From the NCBI GenBank assembly GCA_965243025.1, contig CBDETY010000003.1, positions 800,001 through 864,000 on the forward strand: a stretch of 64,000 bases of DNA, written 5' to 3'. The notes beneath the pieces were generated by a model. That model worked only from the letters and a program-made list of their open reading frames with translations, made no database searches and had not been told where the DNA came from. This document shows positions 58,066-64,000 of the stretch, one piece after another; within the stretch, counting starts at the first letter, position 1, and the number at the start of each line of letters is the position of its first letter. The position numbers and the translations under genes are program-made. This DNA is from Candidatus Latescibacterota bacterium. GTDB taxonomy: Bacteria > Latescibacterota > UBA2968 > UBA8231.

Positions 58066-60573
58066 TCAGGTCTCGACTTGGACCGTTCCGGCGATGAGAT
58101 TCGCGACCTCCGCGTAAAGATCCACGGCGACCTCCGGCGCTTTAATGCTGATGATCAAGGAGTATCGTGCAGTTTGGTCGTATCGTTCCATCGCGGGACG
58201 CGTCTTCCACCAACCTGCGGTGGGATAGACCGCGATATTTCCACGGCTCGCCAGATCCGCTGCGGTGCCTCGCCAGAGGTCACTGTGCAACGAACCTCGG
58301 TGACGCCCCTGTGTTCCGATCAGCCACGCAGGGTCGCCGTCGCTCTTGCGGCGGCGGGTCCCTTCGTCCTCGTCTCGCGCCGCCAGATTGATCCGCTTCC
58401 GAAACTCGTCAACGGATTCGGTTGGTCGCTTCACGTCAAAACGCAAACCGTGAGATTCGTACCGGTAACGTGAACGGACATCCCTTCCGGACGGGTTGGG
58501 TTCGATGAAGTAGGACAGCGTAACTCGCATCTCGACCTGTGTTTCTCCCAAGCTCTCCAGCACGTCGCTCGGCCAAGGCAATCTGTGGAGGTGCATATCG
58601 CGAAGGGTTGGCTGCTTGCGTGTTTCTCGTTTGAATGGCCGCAGGCTTTCTTCAACCACCATCGTCAAGGAATTGTTGAGGCTCCATAAAGCGCGGTCGA
58701 TGTCCGGGACCCCAAAGCCGCACCGTCGCAGTAGATTCAGATAGTCCCTCTTTTGTGGAGTACCGGTCGCAGGCAGAAACTGTTGTTTCATCGTGTTCGT
58801 CCACTCCGCCGAATGCACGATCAAGGCGCGGATTGTCTCGGGCCACAATCCGGGATAGGACGCCATGACCCGGGCGGCGAAGCGCGAGGCGAGCGCGGTG
58901 GCGGCGCTGGTACCATTGGTCGTCGTGAATTGCCGGTCTGCCAGGAGGTGATTAGTAGTCAGAAGACTTAGACTGGCCATCGATACCGAGCCCAATGAGT
59001 CTTTTCCAACGTTGCCGCCTTCGAGAACGACATCCGGCTTTTGCGGCCAGTGTCGTTCCCAGGTGAGTGAAGTCGTACTGAAAGGGCTCAGGCATCCCCT
59101 TGGAGCGACTGGCGAGTAACCGCCGGCCTCCGGCTCGGTAATTCGGACGAGGTCGGTACAGGCTCCAACCGTAAGTGCATTCCATGCCTGAGCCGGGTCG
59201 TGTACCCCGTCGCTGTCATTGGAATCAGGGTACCGAGACCAAGCACTTGGATCGTTGATGTTCCCCCCGGACACGACCAGTAGGCGCGGATTGGCCCCGT
59301 ACCTGTGGACATCCGCCGCCAGTGCATCAATCGCCCCTGACCATGCCGACGGACGACCCCGGTCCCGATTGTCCCGAGCGGTGACCGCCATTCCGTAGAC
59401 CCGAATCCGGGATGGTGCGGTGACTTCGGGCCTGGCCACCGCTTCCACGGTCAGATATCCATGGTGCCGGGAATCAGTTCCGGTCGCACCATCCGTTTTC
59501 AGCAGCTTCACCGACTCGAGCCGGTGGCTGATTTCTACAGGCCTGTTGTCGGCGAGGAGCTCGGTCAGGTTGCCTGCGAGAGCCACCCCCGCCATCTCGG
59601 TACCATGACCATCCGCATCGTCGGTACCCCAACCAGGTTCGACAGTGTGAAGGTCGCCAGGAGCGAGCGCGGGGCTGATTAGTCGATGGCCACGGTTGAC
59701 ACCCGTATCGAGTAGACAGACATAAGGCGTCTGTCCGGTTTCGGCTGCAAATCGGGTCCGGCTCAGCAGGTCGTCAAGCCGCTCGACCTGTTCGTCGGGG
59801 GATAAGGAATCGAAGAATTCCGCCGTCTCCTTTGGACATCGTAGTTCGGCAATGCTGTTGAGCGTGACCATGGAGTGCTGCATCTGTTCCACGGATGCGC
59901 GCGCAAGCAGTACAGTGCGTTCCGGAAAGATCAGCTCTCCTTGAGGAATCTCGATTTTTTGGGCTTGGGCTCGCTCGCGAAACGAATCAATTGTCGCGCG
60001 CCGGTCCCCAAGGACGGGCAGCCAGACCTCCCACCAAATCGATCCCTCTTCTGCGGAAGGAAATTCAGCAGTATCGGTCCAAAGCGCTTCCAGGGTAGCC
60101 GCCCTGATGGAAGAAATTGCATTCAGCAGCCTGTGATTCCTTGGGCCAGCTTTCGTATCTCTGGACTCATCGAGGTATGCGGCAATCAGGTTCTCAAAAA
60201 TCACCAACTTTCCGTCAGGAACGAAGACGGTTGCCAGAGTTCGATTTTCTTCATGACGGACGTTTAACAGTTCGATCCCTGACCGTTCTCGCGCCAAGCT
60301 CTCAAACGCCAACTCGACATCGGGGAAGCTCTCGAATTCCAACCGAAGCCCCAGACCATCCTCCATCCCGGCGGCCTGTTGGGCTTCGCGAGCGGATTCC
60401 GCCTCACCCCGAACCCCCTCAATCTGCCCTTTCAACGCCCCACCCTGGCGGAGGCGATCCCGTTCGGGAATCGTGGAACCCCCATCGCCCCCACCTGGAT
60501 AACGATACTCCTCAGTCTCGGTTATCCCTTCGAGGAGGAAATGCGGATGTCGTCCTCCAGTTGCTTCGGTCAT
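58066..60573 (-). CDS. ietS: S8 subtilisin-like serine protease, IetS-like
   Basis: Catalytic triad LLDTGV, DGHGTEMAG and NGTSAAT; KPDVV; directly downstream of an AAA+ ATPase. Confidence 0.85.
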   Translation of the reverse strand: MTEATGGRHPHFLLEGITETEEYRYPGGGDGGSTIPERDRLRQGGALKGQIEGVRGEAESAREAQQAAGMEDGLGLRLEFESFPDVELAFESLARERSGIELLNVRHEENRTLATVFVPDGKLVIFENLIAAYLDESRDTKAGPRNHRLLNAISSIRAATLEALWTDTAEFPSAEEGSIWWEVWLPVLGDRRATIDSFRERAQAQKIEIPQGELIFPERTVLLARASVEQMQHSMVTLNSIAELRCPKETAEFFDSLSPDEQVERLDDLLSRTRFAAETGQTPYVCLLDTGVNRGHRLISPALAPGDLHTVEPGWGTDDADGHGTEMAGVALAGNLTELLADNRPVEISHRLESVKLLKTDGATGTDSRHHGYLTVEAVARPEVTAPSRIRVYGMAVTARDNRDRGRPSAWSGAIDALAADVHRYGANPRLLVVSGGNINDPSAWSRYPDSNDSDGVHDPAQAWNALTVGACTDLVRITEPEAGGYSPVAPRGCLSPFSTTSLTWERHWPQKPDVVLEGGNVGKDSLGSVSMASLSLLTTNHLLADRQFTTTNGTSAATALASRFAARVMASYPGLWPETIRALIVHSAEWTNTMKQQFLPATGTPQKRDYLNLLRRCGFGVPDIDRALWSLNNSLTMVVEESLRPFKRETRKQPTLRDMHLHRLPWPSDVLESLGETQVEMRVTLSYFIEPNPSGRDVRSRYRYESHGLRFDVKRPTESVDEFRKRINLAARDEDEGTRRRKSDGDPAWLIGTQGRHRGSLHSDLWRGTAADLASRGNIAVYPTAGWWKTRPAMERYDQTARYSLIISIKAPEVAVDLYAEVANLIAGTVQVET

Positions 60574-60581
60574 TTGAAGAG

Positions 60582-61583
60582 CTACTCCGTACGGGACTGG
60601 CTTTTCTGGCCCAGCCTTTGGGCGACGTTTTTTCGCTCACCGAGCATTGATTGGATGTCGGTTGACTGAACCCGTGTACGATTATGAATCAAAGCATCCT
60701 TCAGGGTCTCGTTGGCCGCACGGCTGATCTCGGCGTGGCTCAAGCCCGCCGAATAATCCGCCAGTCTCTGCCACTGAGTACCCTTTTCAGCGGTTCCGGT
60801 GAGGCGGGTCTTCAGTAGTTTTGCAATCTGAACCTTGTCAGGCAGATCGTAATGAAGGATGTCGTCGAAGCGGCGGAAAAGCGCAGGGTCGAGTATTCCG
60901 GGGTGATTCGTTGCCGCGATCACGAGGCTGTGAGAGCGGTCTTGTTCGAGCATTTGAAGAAAGCTGTTCAGTATCCGCCGGATTTCTCCCACATCGTTTG
61001 TCAGTCCGCGTTGGGAACCAATGGCGTCAAACTCGTCAAAAAAGTAGATGCCCCGGGTTTTGCTGGTGGCCTCGAATATCTGCCTCAGCTTGGCTGCAGT
61101 TTCGCCCATGAACTTGGTGATTAGGCCGTCGAGTCGAACCTGAAGGAGAGGGAGACCGAGTTCCCCGGCCAGAACGAACCCAGTCAGAGTCTTGCCCGTA
61201 CCCGGAGGACCTGTCAGTAGTAGTTTGCGCCTGGGCGCCAGGCCATGCTCCACGATCCGCCCCGCATGGCGTTGCTCACGAATGACCCGCTGAATCTGAT
61301 CCGCGAGAGCGTCACTCAGAACCATCTCTCCCAGCCGGGCCTTCGGGTACGACGCTTCCAGGAGATTTGCCAACTCCCCACTCGGGTGGGAAATCGGTAA
61401 CACCGAATCCATTCCACGCCGGCCCTTTGCTTCGTCGATCAGGGTTCGCAGTTCTTCGGCGAGCTTCCCGTGTCCAAGTTTTGCTTCGTGGGCAGCGACT
61501 TGCATGGCAACAGAGAAGAAGCGGTCGTCGTCACCTTCCAGGTGCGACTTAAAAAGTGCCTTGATATGGTTAGCACTGGCCAT
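60582..61583 (-). CDS. ietA: AAA+ ATPase, IetA-like
   Basis: Walker A GPPGTGKT, Walker B FFDEFD, AATNH and DPALFRRF; adjacent to the S8 protease. Confidence 0.87.
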   Translation of the reverse strand: MASANHIKALFKSHLEGDDDRFFSVAMQVAAHEAKLGHGKLAEELRTLIDEAKGRRGMDSVLPISHPSGELANLLEASYPKARLGEMVLSDALADQIQRVIREQRHAGRIVEHGLAPRRKLLLTGPPGTGKTLTGFVLAGELGLPLLQVRLDGLITKFMGETAAKLRQIFEATSKTRGIYFFDEFDAIGSQRGLTNDVGEIRRILNSFLQMLEQDRSHSLVIAATNHPGILDPALFRRFDDILHYDLPDKVQIAKLLKTRLTGTAEKGTQWQRLADYSAGLSHAEISRAANETLKDALIHNRTRVQSTDIQSMLGERKNVAQRLGQKSQSRTE

Positions 61584-61805
61584 GGGGAGTATTCCAGCTT
61601 CGTGTGGAGTGAGCTAAGTTCCACCGGACACCTTGGCTGATTCCGTCGGAGGAGAGATGTGAGTAGCGGCCTCTTCCAGCTTGTGGAACCGCAGACTCGG
61701 CTGAGCAGGATTCAATTGAAGGCAAAGGGCCTTTACAGCCTTCTGCTCGTTTATCGGTGTGTTTGAGGAGACTATCGGTGAAAGTGTCGGGGATGCGGGT
61801 ATTCA

Positions 61806-63926
61806 TTATTGATCCTCCTCCTCCTCAGCGGTGGAAGTTCCACCCCTTTCTCCTCTTCCTTGCCAGTCTTGGGCGATTTGTCCCCAATCCACCTCACGTG
61901 AAATGGGCTCGCCTTCCTCATCTTTGCCTACCCACACCCCCCAGAACTCCGGGTCATCGGAGCGGGGTTGCTGCGTCTTGGGCAAGTCGTTCATCTTCAC
62001 CAGAATCGGCAACTCCGATGCCCACCCAAGCAGAATCGCACTCTGGGACGGCAGAGAAGGCAGCTCCCGCAGAAGCCCACGAAGATTGTCAGGCACGAAC
62101 CGATGCACAAGATTCTGGTCACGGTCGTTGCTGATCCGATGAAGGAGGAATGTATTGCACTGAGACAGCACCGTGGGGGACAGCTCGGATGGCCGTTGCG
62201 ACGACAGGACCAGCCCCAGTCCGAACTTCCGCCCTTCGCGGGCGATGCGCTCAAAGACCTGACAGCAAATAGTCGCCGCGTCCTGATTCTCCATGTCCTC
62301 CCTGTAACGCTTGATGAACGTGTGCGCTTCCTCCATCACGAGAACGCTCGGAAGAGCGACACCGTTCACCTTGACGTAACGCTGCAGTGCCTCGAAGACC
62401 ATGCGAGCAATGACCGCCGTAACAATGTGAACGACTTCGGTTGGCACAAGCGACAAATCGATTACTGAAACGCAACCACCTTCAGCATCACCATCTTCTG
62501 CCTCGTTCGTTCCGATGTAGTCTTTCAGCCACCCATCCAGCGTTATGTCGACACCTCCCATGATTGGCATCATCCGGGAATCCGTGAGTAACGTACGGAT
62601 TCTGACCAGCAACGTTTCGACATGCTCAGATACGTTGAGCATTTCCGCTACCGCCTCCACGCTACGAAGGAGCGATGTGCCCTCGAAAGGGCGAGGGGCA
62701 TCTACATCCGAAGGCAGAGTGTCTGACTCCGTGCCGCCGAAGGCGGAATGTGCAACGCTCGTCGCGGTCAGTAGGTCCTCAACATCCTGTCTAGTGAAAT
62801 CGTAGTTGGCGTATTGTTGACGGCGGGGTTCACAAAGCGCTTCGATCTTACTCACGAGCGCCTGCAGCTTGTCCTTTTGATCTCCACCGAAGGATCCAAG
62901 GTCAGATTCCAGTCCCAACTTCCATTTCTCTAGCTTTTCCAAAAACGACTTCGGTTTTGGAAAACTGCTCCACGGACTACCAGCGTTTTGCTCGATCCGG
63001 ATAGTTGCCACGAGCGTGCGCAGGAAGCGGCGCGTGTCATGGCTCGCATCCTCTGTTGGTACATCGTGGCCATCACGAACGGAGCGAAGCGCTTGGATGA
63101 GAGTCGGGCGCTGCGTTCTCGCGCTTGCCTGCGTGAACGAACACCACTCCGCACTGTTCCAGAACCACAGCGGCACTTTCAACGCGATCTCGCCTTTGTC
63201 CGGATTAACTTTGAAGATCCTCGCCTTGATCGGATCGTCGGCCCCGAATGCCCGTGAATATTCGCCGTTGGGGTCGAGGATGATAAACCTCGCATTGGGC
63301 CGGCCCTCACAGCGGGCCTGTTTTGCCTGCTCCAGGCTCCAACGGATCAGCCCGGCAACAGAGCAGGACTTACCGCTACCGGTGTTTCCAAGAACGGCCA
63401 GATGGCGGCCGAACAAGCGATTCGGGTCGACCCGCACCTCCGCATCGCCCGCTAGCGGGCTCGACCCGATCTTCACGTGCCGTCGTTCGCCCGATTCGAT
63501 GATGGATCGGAGTTGGCTTTCAGTGGGGAGCACAACGGCGGCGCCTACCGACGGCAGCGCATCAGCGCCCCGCTTGAAGGCATATTGCTCGTCCGTCCCC
63601 TTTGGTCGTAGCGTACCAAGCGGGTTAAGCCTCAGCTTGCGGAGTGGATAGGGCAGATCTACCAGCCCGAAGTCCTGCATCCCGCGCCGCTTCGGGAATG
63701 CCGATCTTTCGACTGTTAACCACTCGACCTGACCAACCAGAAAAGCCTCATCGACCGAGATCAAAAGGTAACCGTTGACCCTGGGGAACGGACGAGGGCC
63801 ACCCGTATTCAGGGCGATCGACTCGGGCGCCTCGATATCAAGGGCAACCCTAATCTCGTCTGGAGACACAAAGTCCACTGTGCCGACACGCAGGCTTCCC
63901 GCCTGCTCGAGAGGGGTCTGAGTCAT
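61806..63926 (-). CDS. herA: HerA/DUF87 FtsK-HerA family ATPase (anti-phage-associated type)
   Basis: N-terminal HAS barrel; HLAVLGNTGSGKS, VMEEAH, ERIAREGRKFG and SQRPSELS. Confidence 0.88.
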   Translation of the reverse strand: MTQTPLEQAGSLRVGTVDFVSPDEIRVALDIEAPESIALNTGGPRPFPRVNGYLLISVDEAFLVGQVEWLTVERSAFPKRRGMQDFGLVDLPYPLRKLRLNPLGTLRPKGTDEQYAFKRGADALPSVGAAVVLPTESQLRSIIESGERRHVKIGSSPLAGDAEVRVDPNRLFGRHLAVLGNTGSGKSCSVAGLIRWSLEQAKQARCEGRPNARFIILDPNGEYSRAFGADDPIKARIFKVNPDKGEIALKVPLWFWNSAEWCSFTQASARTQRPTLIQALRSVRDGHDVPTEDASHDTRRFLRTLVATIRIEQNAGSPWSSFPKPKSFLEKLEKWKLGLESDLGSFGGDQKDKLQALVSKIEALCEPRRQQYANYDFTRQDVEDLLTATSVAHSAFGGTESDTLPSDVDAPRPFEGTSLLRSVEAVAEMLNVSEHVETLLVRIRTLLTDSRMMPIMGGVDITLDGWLKDYIGTNEAEDGDAEGGCVSVIDLSLVPTEVVHIVTAVIARMVFEALQRYVKVNGVALPSVLVMEEAHTFIKRYREDMENQDAATICCQVFERIAREGRKFGLGLVLSSQRPSELSPTVLSQCNTFLLHRISNDRDQNLVHRFVPDNLRGLLRELPSLPSQSAILLGWASELPILVKMNDLPKTQQPRSDDPEFWGVWVGKDEEGEPISREVDWGQIAQDWQGRGERGGTSTAEEEEDQ

Positions 63927-64000
63927 GACCTCGAGCCTTCCCCCTCTGCTGGAGGGACCGGGTTACCGTCGTTGTCACGCGGCTCCGTACCCCACCGGGC
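63923..64000 (-). CDS. 3' end of an upstream gene, probably the SIR2-family partner of HerA
   Basis: Open frame ARWGTEPRDNDGNPVPPAEGEGSRS* whose TGA overlaps the herA ATG (ATGA); identity inferred from context only. Confidence 0.4.
   Translation of the reverse strand, partial: ARWGTEPRDNDGNPVPPAEGEGSRS

Overview
High-GC bacterial window with no rRNA, tRNA or CRISPR array visible. Many proteins carry the 'NxPNPFN...GVYLYRL' FlgD-Ig/T9SS-like sorting domain, and one ends in a 'SWGRIKA' tail. This suggests a Latescibacterota/Gemmatimonadota-like, possibly sponge-associated organism (inference only). Layout: (1) 1-8.7 kb, carbohydrate/redox metabolic genes; (2) 8.9-14.3 kb, a hybrid histidine kinase-response regulator divergent from a cytochrome P450 and a LuxR regulator; (3) 14.8-41.4 kb and 48.4-52.2 kb, an array of secreted modular repeat proteins (Ig-like, CARDB, YWTD, WD40, LRR, collagen, zincin peptidase, dockerin-like/FlgD), with duplications, a frameshift and a deletion scar holding a truncated WYL gene; (4) 41.5-48.4 kb, a six-gene operon encoding a pseudo-trypsin-FHA protein, a TM-Asp/vWA protein, a MotA/TolQ/ExbB channel, an FHA protein, a PP2C phosphatase and a Ser/Thr kinase-ankyrin protein, which is the best candidate for an undescribed system; (5) 52.2-54.5 kb, an IS1595 transposase with about 3.5 non-coding 350-410 bp repeats downstream of it; (6) 56.2-64 kb, a broken CARDB/M8 peptidase fused to a PHP-domain stub, and a defence island (IetAS-like AAA+/S8 pair, HerA, and the end of a probable Sir2 gene). 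All calls come from reading motifs by eye; no searches were run.
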